From contig CM052817.1 in assembly GCA_028534125.1 (NCBI GenBank), forward strand, positions 7,318,001 to 7,382,000: a DNA stretch of 64,000 bases. Reading direction: 5' to 3'. Under the pieces are notes generated by a model that was not told the origin of the DNA, made no database searches, and worked only from the letters and a program-made list of their open reading frames with translations. Position 1 is the stretch's first letter, and each line of letters begins with the position of its first letter. Source of the DNA: Lama glama (lineage: Eukaryota). Shown one piece after another: positions 12,128 through 24,700 of this stretch. The translations under genes were made by a program, and so were the position numbers.

Positions 12128-12315
12128 AAATAAAAAGAGAAGAGTCAAAAATGATTCCATGTGTTTTTGTTCTGAACCACAGGGGGAAAAATAGTTGTTA
12201 TTTACTGGGGAAATTGTGGGAGGAACATATTTGAGATTTGGTAGGTGGAAGATTAGAAGCCCACTTTGGAAATTGTACAATTAATAGTCCAAGTAGGGAA
12301 GCTGAACAAGTAGCT
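12128..12315 (-). mobile_element. L2, right segment resuming after the L1MC1-like insert
   Basis: gagaagagtcaaaaatgattcc...tttttgttctgaaccac...agttgttatttactg continues the L2 from 11337. Confidence 0.7.
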
Positions 12316-12319
12316 AACT

Positions 12320-12748
12320 TTATAATAAAACATTTTTTGAGTACACAAGAAGTCATATATTTTGCATGAGGCTTTTTTTTTTAAAAAGAGAGTTAGAAGG
12401 GAAACTTCAGCAAATCTTAAAATGAAAAAAAAATCACTGGGAAAGGGACCCCCTGGTGAGCTTTGAACCCATATATCTACAGGGCTGAGATTAAGAAAAC
12501 TGTGATACTAAATATTTAATAAAAGGAATAAAAATGTTATAAACTTAGAAAGAGAAATGATAAATAGCAAAGGAAAGAAGTAAAGGGAAAAAGAGTGTGA
12601 CAGTGTAAGAAGACGAATTTCCTCATCTCTTGTAACCAAGCTCTCAAAATTATATAATGCAAAGTGGGTAAATCAAGTTACAAGTTATAAAATGAAATAC
12701 TAGAATAATAAGAAAAATCAATCATTTTATTAAGAAAAAAAAATCAAC
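12320..12748 (+). mobile_element. Ancient L1 ORF1 end and inter-ORF region, part 2
   Basis: aaacattttttgagtacacaagaagtc...catgaggcttttt...aaaaagagagttagaagggaaacttcagc resembles the ORF1 C-terminus (KTFSDMQELR...EPFLKKLLEDELQ). Confidence 0.5.
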
Positions 12749-13310
12749 TACAGCAGACACTTCAGCATCCCACCTACTTCTCTTTACTCTCAGACTTCAG
12801 TGCATGTCAGCACAAAGTACAATTGGCAGCACCTAATTTTTCTCTTTCTTTCTTTCTTGCTTGCTTGCTTGCTTTCTTGCTTTCTCTCTCCTTCTTTCTT
12901 TCTTTCTCCTTCTTTCTTTCTCTCTTTCTTTCTCTTTCTTTTTTTCTTTCTTTCTCTCTCTCTCTCTTTCTCTCTTTCTTTCTTTCTCTTTCTTTTTTTG
13001 CTTAAGACTTTGACTTTCTGTTGCAAGGAAACCATTCTGCCCACACAAGGGGCATCCAGAAGTGTGAGGACATTAACACTCTTTTAGATCAGCCCTCAAC
13101 CAAGACTCTTCCCATCGGGTGGGTAATCCTGAGCACAAACACATTCTATAACTGACTGTCCAAGCTTTTTTGGTCAATCACAGCAGTCACAGGCCCTTTT
13201 GTTATCTGCCTTCCCTCCCCACCCATATCCCGACTTTTTCTTCTCAAAAAAACACTTGGTGTAAAATCCTTGTATCTGGGCCTGATTCTGATGGAAAACA
13301 AACTAAGACA
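12749..13310 (+). mobile_element. 5' LTR (LTR16 family) of an ERV-L provirus
   Basis: Starts tacagcagac (a TGTAGCAGAC variant) and ends aaatccttgtatctgggcctgattctgatggaaaacaaactaagaca; followed at once by the internal start gttggtatgagaag. Confidence 0.75.
12837..12999. repeat. Compound (CTTT)/(GCTT)/(CT) microsatellite inside the 5' LTR
   Basis: Directly visible pyrimidine repeat; source of the Phe/Leu/Ser-rich and Lys/Glu/Arg-rich ORFs. Confidence 0.95.
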
Positions 13311-16300
13311 GTTGGTATGAGAAGCTGTCCTAGACAGCAGTGTCTCATGATGGATTCTGAAATTGGATCACTTATCAACCAGAAGATAATAATGACACTT
13401 TTTTTTTGTGGTAAGAGGTGCTAACACCTGGTGTGCTTTAGCTAACATGGGCCTTACAATTTTGCTCACCTCTGGTACACTGGGATGTGATACAAATAGG
13501 GGGATATACCCCCACTAATGCAATATTTCTGTCATTTGCTTGAAGTACTATGGATTGGTTACTGTTAAGTGTAACTGAAACACTAAGGGAAGAAATGAAA
13601 GCTCATTTAGCTAATTATCAAATGAGGGCATGACATAAAAGCCAAAGGGCTTTTACAACAGTATGTAAGGAGCCTCTCATCTTTTGCAGCTGGAGGGAAA
13701 TTTTGCTCAAACTCAGACTTAAAATCTGATTTAGAGGAGCAGAATTTCAAATAAGAATAAATTAATAGCCTTGAAAACTTCCTCCTGTTAAAGTCAAGGC
13801 CTTACAGACAAGTGGGAGCCTAAGACCTGAACTGGGAATAGATGAGCCAATATTTGTGAGAAACCTGAATCCCCAGATCCTCTAGAACCTTCTAGTCCTG
13901 TGGAAGTGTCTCATTCTTCCTTTACCCCGACCATCACCTCTTGCTAGTTTCCCTTAGCTAGAAAATTCCCTTTGCTTAGAGATCATGCAGTTTTAATTTG
14001 GGGAAATACAAGATTAGAATTGTCATCTTCAAGATTTTTTCTACCTCTCTTTAGAGCTGGTAGGCTGATAACAAGTCACGTCTTAGATAGCCTAAGAGAA
14101 TGATGTCTTTGTTTCAGGGTGGTAGAGTTATTCATCAGAAAGATAACAAGATAAGGCAAATTTTTATTAGCAGGAACCAGGGGAATATGATTGTGAATGG
14201 ATCTGGAAGATGCTGAACAAGGGTAGAAGGAGAATTTATTATTGGATAGAGCAAGTTGCTCCATATAGGTACTCTGTCTCCCATGACTCAGGATTTAACA
14301 TTCAGACAAGGACACATGGATCTAAATCCAAATTCATTAGAAGGTTGACCCCTTAAAACCTGAATCAAACAGTGAGGTGAGGTTGCCAGAATTGCTTTGG
14401 CAGAGTATTGAGAAAAGAATCTAAAGATTCAAGTGGTTGGGTACTCTAACATTAGAACAGAGAACCACATTCTCCATGAGGGCCTGGAGGACGTTTATTC
14501 CACCAAGATGATGAGGAATGTATTCATGAGGAGATCAGCATTGCTGGAGAACCCAGTAATAAGTGTTCTTTGTAGACCAGTGATGGTAGGAACTCAGGAT
14601 GTTTTCCATAGAACTGAGGTCCATAGTTCTAGACTTCTAGATAGAGTTCTAATAGTTTTAGGATAGAAAAAGAGAGAAGAAAGCACTTGAGAGAAGAAAG
14701 CACTTACTCATCAGAAGCAAAATGGACGTAATTACCACAAAGGATGAGAAAATCAGAATGACAAATACACATTCCTGAGGGAAAGAGAGGTAGGCAGCCA
14801 GAGGATGTTGCTTGGCTTACAGATAAAATAAGATTCGAAAAAAGGCAAACCAAACCCTGATCTCAGTCTCACAAAACCATATGTAGCCCAGTTTCCAGAA
14901 TTATTTCTAAGCCATCGACTAAAAGAAAAGTTGCGTGACTTTGATGAAGATCCTATATTTTGACAAATATACATTGTAACATTGCCATAAATCTTTTCCT
15001 AAAGGGATCGATGGCCATTTATATGAGTAATTGTACACTTGGGTAACAGGAACATGTATTGAGGATGTCAGTTACAGAGTCTGGAATGACACTGACCTTA
15101 TTATTAGGGAAGGGGGCATACAGATACCAGAGTATAAATGAAGCCCTGGCTTGATTCATCGTGGAGTAAGTCGATGGCCTACAAATGACTATGGCCGTTT
15201 TCCTAGTTATCAAATGCAAAGAAAGGACAGGATATAATTAATTACCACCGAATTAAACCCTCAAATTGTTTTCCTGAACTATGGTGGAAAAGCCACCATA
15301 CTAGGAAAGACCACACAGAAGTCCCTGAAATAACCTCTTTCTCCACTGGCCAAAACAGCTAAGTTAGAAAGCTTGCCATATTCTGTGTACAATGTCACTC
15401 ATAAGGGCTTGTAGGGGTCATCAAAGAGGAAAACCTTGGCTTAGTTTATGAATGGGCTACCTTGATATGTAGGCATAAGCTCAAAATGGACTTCTGTTGC
15501 ACTACAGCTTCATTCAAAAATGGCTTTGAAAGATACCGATGAGTAAAATCCTCCTACTTGGCAGAGCTATAAGCACTGAACCTCTGTTCATGAACTTGAT
15601 GTGTAGAGAGAAGTGGCCTGAGTGAAGAATATACATGGAATTAGAGACAGTGATAAATGTCTTGTCTGGTTGGCCAGGGTCCTTAAAAGAGCAAGATAAA
15701 GAGACTGAAGAAAAATATTTTAGAGTAAGAGTCATATGGATGGTCTGTCAAGGGTGAACACAAATTGTGCAGATCTTTATGTCCTCCAACCTGAGAGCAG
15801 TCATAGCAGTGGAGGCGCTGAATAACCAAGGAGACAGCTGACAAGCTGTAGGGCATGGGTGGAGCTAGTAAACGACTCAGCAGCCAATTTAGTTCCTGCT
15901 GCTGTTGAATGTCCAGCCTGTCAGCAGCAGAGACAAACACTAAAGCTATAATATGGCATCATCTTTTCAAAAAGACTAACAGACACTTGGCAGCACGTTG
16001 ATTTCAGTGGACCCTTGTTGCCTGTAGGGAGCCTAATTCATAATTATTGGGATTGGCAAGTATTCTGGATATGGATTTGTACTCTTGATTCTGAGTGCCT
16101 TGACCAGCACCGCTATCCAAAAGGCCACTAGGTTATTGTCATGGGATTTTGCATAGTATCATTTCAGACCAAGAGACTGACTTAAAGCAACAGGGAAGCA
16201 TGACATTTGGCACAAGAACGCAGGATTCACTGGCTCCTCCATGTCCTCCATCACCTGCATACTGCCACCCATTGGAAACATTGGAATAGACTCTTCAAGA

Positions 16301-17085
16301 TACAACCAAGATGCCAGCTCAGGTACGGTGCCTTATGGGTCTGAAGTGATGCCCTTTGATATTTGATCTATATTTTGATCAACAGCCATTATATATATAT
16401 TAATTCTGTGGTGGGTAAATGAGATCCAGAATCCAAGAGGTAGAAGCAGAGGTGACCTCATTCATCATCACTCTCAGTGATCTTTTTGGGGAATACGTGC
16501 TTCCTGTGCCTACAGCTTTAGGTTTTGCTGGACTAGACATCTAGTTTCAGGGGCAGTAGGATGCTCTTTACAGAGAGACCATGAGAATTCTACTGTGTCT
16601 CCACCATGTGACTCTTTATGCTAGTAGACTAACAGGTAAAGAAAAGAGTTATTATAATTGGTTGGGTTAACTGACTTCAGTAGTCATGAGAAGATAACAT
16701 TACTTTTGTACAGTGGTTGTAAGGATCAGACAGTAAGGGATTCAGTAAATTTCTAGGGGCGCCTTTTGATGCCTCCATGTCCTGCCCTATAACAATAGTA
16801 AAGGGGCGGCTGTAGTGACCACACTCTAATAAGGTCATCAAAACCAGGGAGGAGCAGAAGTGCTGATAGAGGAGGTCTAGAAGGGGTGGTGGAGTCGGCG
16901 TGATGTGCATCAGCCTCAGCGCTTGCGCTGGCTTTCAGCAGCTGGGACTAGAGCGTGTTCTATCAGAACTTCTTTTGTAAGACTTTCTCTTTTTTTAGAA
17001 ACTGGGACAGACCACCGTCTCAAATAACTGCTGACAGGAATTTGACATGGGACATGAGTGAATCTGTGTGGTGCAAGGGGAGGGC
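13311..17085 (+). mobile_element. ERV-L internal region (ERV3-16A3-like): decayed gag, protease, RNase H, integrase and dUTPase; RT largely missing
   Basis: Protease-region relic at about 15000-15100 (RDxxPFxxVxVHxG...SxMTL). RNase H relic at about 15435-15570 (WLSL.MG..RYVG...KWT..ALQ..S...LKD..E.KSS..AEL). Integrase relic at about 15985-16320 (TWQHVDFSGPL, GI..YSGYGF, ISDQ). dUTPase relic at about 16490-16680 (LPVPTALGFAGLD). PPT aaggggaggg at 17075-17084. Many stops and frameshifts. Confidence 0.85.
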
Positions 17086-17533
17086 TGTGGCAGATGCTGT
17101 GTGTGCCCTGTCCTTATCTCCAAGTCCTTTCAGTTTCAGGGCAGAGCAACTTAAACTCCAGGGTTGAGTGCCTGCATTTCTTCACCCTAGGCTTTCTCGG
17201 TTATTGATGTTGCTTCCTCTGTGAGAACAGTCCACAGTGCAGGGAAATTAACACCCCGGAGCAGCCCTCGACAAATTGCTGGTGTGGACTAGTATGTAAC
17301 CACCCCAGTCCCCTCTCCTTCAGATGAGGTGATTCTGAGAAGTGTTTTGCACTGGTGCTGAGACTTTCCCAGCAAGATTTCACTGCAGGCACCCACAGTG
17401 GGAGCTGGCTTGCTAATACCGCCTTAGTGCCTTTCCTCCTTCCCCACTTTCCTACCATTGCCTCCCAGATAAACGACCTTACACTTGAATCTTTGTCTCA
17501 AGATCTGCTACTGAGAGAAACTAAATGAAGACA
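17086..17533 (+). mobile_element. 3' LTR (LTR16 family) of the ERV-L provirus
   Basis: Starts TGTGGCAGAT directly after the PPT and ends gaatctttgtctcaagatctgctactgagagaaactaaatgaagACA; shares aattaacac...cagccctc with the 5' LTR. Confidence 0.85.
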
Positions 17534-19150
17534 CTTAGTGCTCATTGTGAAGAGTTAGTAGTTGCTGCATAAATCAGTGGCATAGCAAGAATTTATATAA
17601 AGTTGTAGTTATAAAAGTAACATAAAGAAGAGCAATCAACAGAACATAATTCTAAATTCTCAAGGGACACACACACACAAAAATAGCAAAAAATATACCT
17701 CATATAGTAAAGAATTTTTAAAATGAGCAATAAGAGCAAAAACTGTCATATAAAATATGAGATACAATTAAGACCAAATATATATTCCATAAGAAAAAAT
17801 GAAAATAAAATTACCTATTTAAATGCAAAGGCTATCATATTGGATTACAAACGAAAATAAGATGACTACGATTTGACTCAGAGAGGTTGAAAATAAAAAG
17901 ATGGGCAGTTTTTTACTGGGAAAATGTAGGTGAAGGGGTGGGTGGACTAAAATCTAAATATCATTCAAGAATGAACTAAACAAGAAATAAAGGAAAACTG
18001 GGCTCATTTATGGCTAAAGCTTAGAGTTCTAACAGAGATCAAGAAATTTTAAGTACATACTTTAAAATATAGTTTAGATATATAGTTAAATAATAAAGTT
18101 TAGGATATATTATTAACATTAACTTAAGAAAAGTATAAGAAATGATAGGAAAGTAAATGAAAATATATCATTCATTTAATTTGCTTTCCTCGGTGCTTGA
18201 TGTAGAAGCATGCAAGGAATAACACATAAAACTTAACATCAACTTATTTAGATGTCAATCAACTCTAATCCTTGAAAGGATAGACTATTCTTCCCTTTCT
18301 CAAGTTTATGGTGTAAAGTTAAATGCACGTGATGTTTTATAAGAAAATAAAAAGGGAAACCATTCAGATTGAGTTAGGAATTTAAATGATCTGAAAAAGG
18401 TAAGAACTTAGAAGGATTTTTTTCATAAATATTTTTGGAAAATATCTTTTTAATAATGATAAAAGCCAGAAGCCATAAATATTTTTTAAAATGACAATAC
18501 ACATAATATTAAATATTTTGCAAGGCAAAAATAAAGTGAAAAAAGAAAACAAGACTTGGATGAAAAGTTTGCAGCACATATTACAAGTGAAGTTCTTGTT
18601 TTCTTAATGTATAGTTAACATAAATTAATAAGAAAACCCCAACAGCTCGTGAGAATAATCAGCAAAATAAACTTTAACGAAAGAGCAAGCACAGCCAAGC
18701 AAGACATAAAAAATTTAAAAATAAACAAATTTTTAAAAAATCTGCAATGATACATGGTTTTTTTACCTATCAAACTGAGAAAGAGCAAAAACGCTCGATA
18801 GCACAGTATAATGGGAAGGAGGTGAGCATTCCTCTTTATTGCTAGTTAGAGAATAAACTGTCACAGTCCCCAGTGGAGGGCAAAATGACCCCAGCTATCA
18901 AATGCCCACACTTTCTGACCCAGAAATTCATTTTTTAGCATTGTTCTCTATAAACAGATTCACATTTAATCACAAAATGTTTGAAAGTGAGATTCATTAC
19001 AAGTCGTTTTTTCCCTAACAATAAAAGATTAGAAGATCATGTCCAAAGGGAAGTGGTTAAATACATTATGTTAAATTTATGTAATGGAGTACTCTCAGTG
19101 CAAGGGGTGAGAAATCGCTGTCAAAGCTAGTAATGAGAAATTTCCAACTA
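17534..19150 (+). mobile_element. Ancient L1 ORF2 endonuclease relic and 3' fragments, part 3
   Basis: acctattttaaatgcaaaggctatcatattggattacaaac...gagaggttgaaaataaaaagatggg resembles the EN N-terminus; ttttacctatcaaactg, ctgacccagaaattca and agtggttaaatacattatg are L1M 3'-end phrases. Confidence 0.6.
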
Positions 19151-19494
19151 TGATTACGTGAAAACCCAAGTAGCAGATCAGGACTGAATACTCTCATTCC
19201 AAAATAAATGTTTATTAATTCCATTTTTCAAAAATATTTGCTGACCTATACTTATTTTAGGTTCTAGAGACACAGTGTTAAATAAGAGTCTGAGTTCTGA
19301 GTTTGCATTCTCGGGATACAGAGGGGTCAACAGATGATTAAAGGAAAAGAACTGGTTGATGACATTATTTAAGATCAAGTAGAGGTAAGTCTTCTAAAGA
19401 ACAGCACCGAAGAGTAGATTAAAAAAAAAAAAAAGTCACCGAGATGGAGATTAGAAGATGCTAGCTTTCTTTCCTCTTTCCAGGCCTTTCCTCC

Positions 19495-19660
19495 TTTTTT
19501 TTTTTTTTTCCTAATTGAAGTCTGGTTGATTTATAACATTAAATTAGTTTCAGATGTACAACATAGTGATTCAATTTTTTATGGATTATACTCCATTTAA
19601 AGATATTATAAAATAATGGCTATATTTCCCTGTGCTCCACAGTGTACCCTTGCTGCCTAC
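19495..19660 (-). mobile_element. Short L1 3' end
   Basis: Poly-T, then aattgaagt..ggttgatttataacatt...tttcagatgtacaacatagtgattc...tatatttccctgtgct. Confidence 0.85.
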
Positions 19661-20771
19661 CTGCTATTTCAGCCGATTTTTCAACAAAGTAGAGGAGCTG
19701 ACCATGCGAGTTGCTGAGGTGGTGCCTATAAATATATAAAAAAGGAAAACAGAGTGACTTTCAAGGCTGCACTCTGCTGCCTCTTCTAAGTGAAGTGAGC
19801 TGTGATTAGTAAGACCTGTTTTACATCCTTACATTAGATGCCTGTGTGTTTCTCCTCTTTGTTGCTTTCCCTGTTTATTTATTTACTTTTTTATTTTCTG
19901 AGGCGTGGGCTAGACTATATGATTCTTTGTAAGGTCTGGATATCCTGAAAAATCCTAGTGGATAGAAAACTCTTGAGAACATGCTCTTATTAACAACCTT
20001 TTATTTCCCCCTTCATATATCTTGGCTGTCTATTTTCCCTGCTGTTCTCGCCCTAAAAATGTCATGAACGCATCAGCTAAGATCACTCTTAGATCTCCAG
20101 TCTTCTCTCTCCAGTGAGGCCTTTCTGACTCAGTTCTCTTTAGGAAGCACTGTTGAGTAGAATTTACCCTTCATTGGCTTTCTTAATAAAACCTCAGATT
20201 CTCAAGAGAACCACTATCCCAAGCTATTTACCTGAACAATTGTAATTTCCTCTACCTTCTTAACACTAATGTGAGGAGACATGAATTCCACTTTAATTGG
20301 CCTTTTTGCCCTAATTAAATTTTCTAGAGTTTCTTCTAAAGTGCAATGCAGGCACTACTGGGTTTTTTTTAAACACTTCTAATAATAGCTAACTCTGTTT
20401 TTTATTCATTTTCATTAGTTTGTTTTGTCATCAATATCATACAGAGTTGAAAAAAGCTTGAAACTTCGGTGCAGAATTGGAAACCAAGTACAGTTTCTCC
20501 TTTGCTGGTTGAATCCTCTCCCTCTGCCCCTGGGCATTCTCTTCCCTTCTCAAAGCTAAGTGAACTGTGAAAGCCTTATCTAACTGCAGACTCTTAAAAA
20601 CTTTTATTCTGCTCTTTTTTTCTCTCTCTCAATAGAATAAGGCAGGCGTGTGACCCTGAGACACACCTGGTTTCATGTGTTAGTTGTGTATGTTTGTGGA
20701 TTTAGTCATTCACTGAAACATCAGCCTCTGTTTTCTCATCTACGCTAATGTGGTGATATTAATACCTACTG

Positions 20772-21150
20772 GCTCAGTTAAAAACTTCACACAAAATCCA
20801 GCTTGAACTGGCTTAAGCTAAGAAGGGAATTTATTAGCTTAGGTAGATGAAATGGTCAGAGCTCAGGGAGGCTGAAGGCATAGCTAGATTCAAGACATAA
20901 TGATGACAAGAAGGCTCAGCCTGTCTCCATCTCTTGGCTCTATGGAGGATCCACATGGTGGCTCCAGGCTCTGCCCAGGCAAGCGTAAGATCACTGTATC
21001 AATTAGATAGCACAAACCCCCCTCGAAGCTCAACTCCAGCAGTAAGAGAGCGTGTCTCCTCCAGTAGGTAAGACAAAAGTGTCAACTTGGTTTATTTCTT
21101 GGACTGGAAAAGTGAAATACATTGATTATCTTAACCACATGTCTCCAGTG
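20772..21150 (-). mobile_element. Old MaLR LTR (MLT1K/L-like)
   Basis: aaaatccagcttgaactggcttaagc.aagaagggaatttattagct...aggcatagctagattcaag...tctccatctcttggctct. Confidence 0.6.
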
Positions 21151-21439
21151 CTCCTGGTAAATTGACTCCACTCACCTCTCTATCAGCAAGAGGCAAAAGA
21201 GACCCATTGAGTTTCTTGTTTAAGTTCTACATAAGGCCACCACACCCCAGTCTTATCTGTATAAAGCTCAGAGCAGAGGTCACAAAATAGATAACTCAGA
21301 AGTGCCTAATTCTCTAGATAGTGCTGTCCCTTCTCCGGAAGCAAGCCATACTTGAAGATAACTTTGAAAAGATAGTATCAAAGTCTTAAGTATATCTGGT
21401 AAGGTCCCACAGCTCTCTCCACAAATCACAGGCTCACTT

Positions 21440-21671
21440 GAAAATCTGCCCTGATACCACTGCTTTCCCTGCTATCTCTCTGGAATCCACTAAGAAGCAT
21501 TCTCCGCCTCCATCCATTGAAATGATTCTTGTAAATATTAATAGTAATAACTGCCACATTGTGTGATCCAGTGGTCAGTTCTTAGACCCCATGCTACCTG
21601 ACCTGTGAGCTCCACTTGAAATAACTGGCCCTCCCTCCTCTCGACAGACTTGACCTCCAGGACCTCACACT
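21440..21671 (+). mobile_element. L2 reverse transcriptase-region relic, cut by the gap
   Basis: tccattgaaatgattcttgtaaat...ccacattg..gatccagtggtcagttctta...acctgacctg corresponds to STETAL.KV...H.AKS.GQFS.L.LLDL. Confidence 0.65.
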
Positions 21672-22171
21672 NNNNNNNNNNNNNNNNNNNNNNNNNNNNN
21701 NNNNNNNNNNNNNNNNNNNNNNNNNNNNNNNNNNNNNNNNNNNNNNNNNNNNNNNNNNNNNNNNNNNNNNNNNNNNNNNNNNNNNNNNNNNNNNNNNNNN
21801 NNNNNNNNNNNNNNNNNNNNNNNNNNNNNNNNNNNNNNNNNNNNNNNNNNNNNNNNNNNNNNNNNNNNNNNNNNNNNNNNNNNNNNNNNNNNNNNNNNNN
21901 NNNNNNNNNNNNNNNNNNNNNNNNNNNNNNNNNNNNNNNNNNNNNNNNNNNNNNNNNNNNNNNNNNNNNNNNNNNNNNNNNNNNNNNNNNNNNNNNNNNN
22001 NNNNNNNNNNNNNNNNNNNNNNNNNNNNNNNNNNNNNNNNNNNNNNNNNNNNNNNNNNNNNNNNNNNNNNNNNNNNNNNNNNNNNNNNNNNNNNNNNNNN
22101 NNNNNNNNNNNNNNNNNNNNNNNNNNNNNNNNNNNNNNNNNNNNNNNNNNNNNNNNNNNNNNNNNNNNNNN
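21672..22171. other. Assembly gap of exactly 500 N
   Basis: Directly visible. Confidence 1.
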
Positions 22172-22429
22172 TTTATCTATTTAATGCATAGTAGTTAGTA
22201 TCTGCAAATCTCATTATTAGCATTTTTTCAGCCCATAAAATATTTCAAGTCCTCAGTAAATGAAATGTAATCTGGAGTCCTATATGCTGTGTTCCAATTT
22301 TTCAATAATTATATTTATTATGTCATTACTGTATCTTATGTTTCTGTAGTACTTTATAACATGTAAAACCTTTTCATATGGCTGTTTCCCTTAATCCTCA
22401 TGAAGTCCTGTGACAATGATAGGGCAGGG

Positions 22430-22815
22430 GTGACAGTCAAGAGGGCTGCTCACAGATATGCTAGCTCTTTCTCTTTCCTTCTGGGCACACGTAGTCTTGC
22501 ATTCCCTTGTTCACTTGAAATTTGATGAGCACCTGTGATTAGTTTGTGGTCAATGAACCAAGAAGAGAAGTAACATGTGTCATTTTGGAGCCCTGCCATG
22601 TTTCCCTGCATTCAGGAATCTGATCTTCTGAAAAGTGACTAGACATACTCAGGACAGTAGCTGTTTCATCAGCCAAGGACTCTGAGAAACTCCATCACTA
22701 CATGTCCTGTGATCAAAGTACAAAGTGAGCAAGAAATACACATTTGTCATCATGAGTCATTAAGATGTTGGGGTCATTTGTTACCACAGCATGACCAGTC
22801 TTTTCTGACAAATAC
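22430..22815 (+). mobile_element. MLT1J-type MaLR LTR inserted in a minus-strand MIR (about 22310-22930)
   Basis: ctttccttctgggcacac...gtggtcaatgaa...agaagtaacatgtgtca...gagcaagaaatacacattt...gatgttggggtcatttgttaccacagcatgacc; MIR halves lie on both sides. Confidence 0.75.
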
Positions 22816-23022
22816 AGCAGGTAGTATTTCCTCCTCTTTTAAAATGATTTTCTAATGCTTAGAGAAGTTAAGTGGCTTCCTCTTGGACATAAAGCTAGAA
22901 TCACTTGAATTAAAAGTTTATATTCTTTTAGAACAAGGAAAATACAAAAAACAACAGAAAAATAATAAAGTAATAATAGTTTTTATCAAAATAGCACAGA
23001 TTTCCATTTAATACTATCATCT

Positions 23023-23026
<4 letters not shown>

Positions 23027-23056
<30 letters not shown>
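23027..23056. repeat. (TG)15 microsatellite
   Basis: Directly visible. Confidence 0.97.
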
Positions 23057-23060
<4 letters not shown>

Positions 23061-24419
23061 TCTGACATTGTGTTAAACGTAATTTTAGGCAGAGAAGGAA
23101 TTTGTACAGCATGGAAATCCTTGTGTTGATATTTAATTTTCATCTCTATGATCAGAGTAGAAATATTTCTGTGACCTTGTTAACTCTGCTGTCTTGTACA
23201 GAAGCCAGAAGAGTGCTCCAGACTTTCTGACACAGGTGATGAAAACTGCACTGGGTGTGCATATAGGCTGGAAGTCCTAACACTGCTTTCTAGGATGTCT
23301 CCAATTTTGCCTTCTTAAGGTTCTTTATAACACAAATTCAGATGACCAAAATGACCCTGTATCAGCTTATTACATTAACCAAGACAAGGAATCTGTTCTG
23401 AATAATATGACATAAACCATAATTTTGATTAAATATAGTTCATTTCACCTATCCCTCCAACCTCATGAAGGACAAAACCTTCCATATGAGTTAAAGTTTT
23501 CAGATAACTGAAAATACTTTTTAATTGCAAATTTGTAATTTTTTTTTTGCCTTTGAAATGCTATATTTTTTCTTACATGTACCATGTATCTTCTCAGCCT
23601 TCTAGAATAGAGTGAACAGAATAGAAGGTATTACAGTTATTGGATGTTTGCCAAATATCAGTAACTGAAATTATTCACCATGGTTATAAGTAGTAAGTAC
23701 TTATGGCCCTTTTGCAGATGAATATAATGGCCTCTATGAATTAGAGAAACTTGTTTCAAGGTCATACAACTTATTCAAGGATTGAGCAGGGAGTCTGAAG
23801 CCAAGGTCCCCACTGCTCTCTGCGGCTATGTTATCTGGCACCCTACTCTGAACACAGTTTGGTATCATCACAGGTTTGGTGATACTAGAATTAGGATTGA
23901 TTTTAGAGACTGTCTATTCAACAGTCTCTATTCAGAGTTTAGGAAACAAGTGAAAATAGATGAAATGTGTAATCATAAGCTTAATGAATGATACAATTCT
24001 AATAATATGATAAGGCCATCAGGGTTTGGTCCTGGAAACAGATGTCAGTCTATGTGTTCCAAGTATACAAGGCAATTAATGCAGGAAGCTAGAGGCTCGC
24101 ACACAGCTGTTGGGGCTGAAGGAACTGAGGTCAGGGGATCCATCACTGACATCTCAGCCTGTTGCACCAAACGTCGGGTGCTTTCTCACAGTCTCACCTG
24201 GAAACCGCTGAGACTCTCAAGAACTTGGAAAAAGCACTAGTAGACCCATGAAGCCTGAAGTTTCTCTTCTGTGACATCAAGTTGGCAACAGACTGTCCAG
24301 CACTGTGAGGTCTCTGCCTTTTAGCCTGGTGCTCCTTCGACTGCACTGCACCATATCCCAGAATGTCAGGGTAGGCAGCCATGCTCAAAGGGGGTCAGCT
24401 GTATGACAATACCTCGGGG

Positions 24420-24700
24420 TAAATAAGATTAGTCATACAAAATGATTATATTTATGCATGTAGAAAAATAGGATAAATGCATCTGTTCTGCTGGAAGTCA
24501 GAATGTGGGTGGCCCTTAATAAGGGTAAAAGATGGTCACTAGAAAACCAAGGAAGCTTCTGGGGTACGTTCTTGCAATGCTGTATTTATTCAACACACGT
24601 GTGTTCAATTTTGTAAAATGAGTCAGGTTGTACAGTTATTGAGTATATACATAGTTTTAAGTATGAGTGTCATACACCAATAATATATTTTAAAAAATAA
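24420..24700 (+). mobile_element. Old L1 (L1ME-like) 3' end
   Basis: tggaagtcagaatgtggg...ggaagcttctggggtac...tgtgttcaattttgtaaaatgagtcaggttgtac...catacaccaataa. Confidence 0.6.

Noticed and set aside
12790..13087. Charged and hydrophobic ORFs on both strands
   Set aside because: Translations of the microsatellite.
14672..14705. 17-bp tandem duplication gagagaagaaagcactt
   Set aside because: A simple local duplication within decayed gag.
13311..17085. Domesticated or intact ERV gene
   Set aside because: All retroviral frames carry many stops and frameshifts; no long ORF survives.
21650..22198. 182-aa ORF
   Set aside because: An artefact of the N run.
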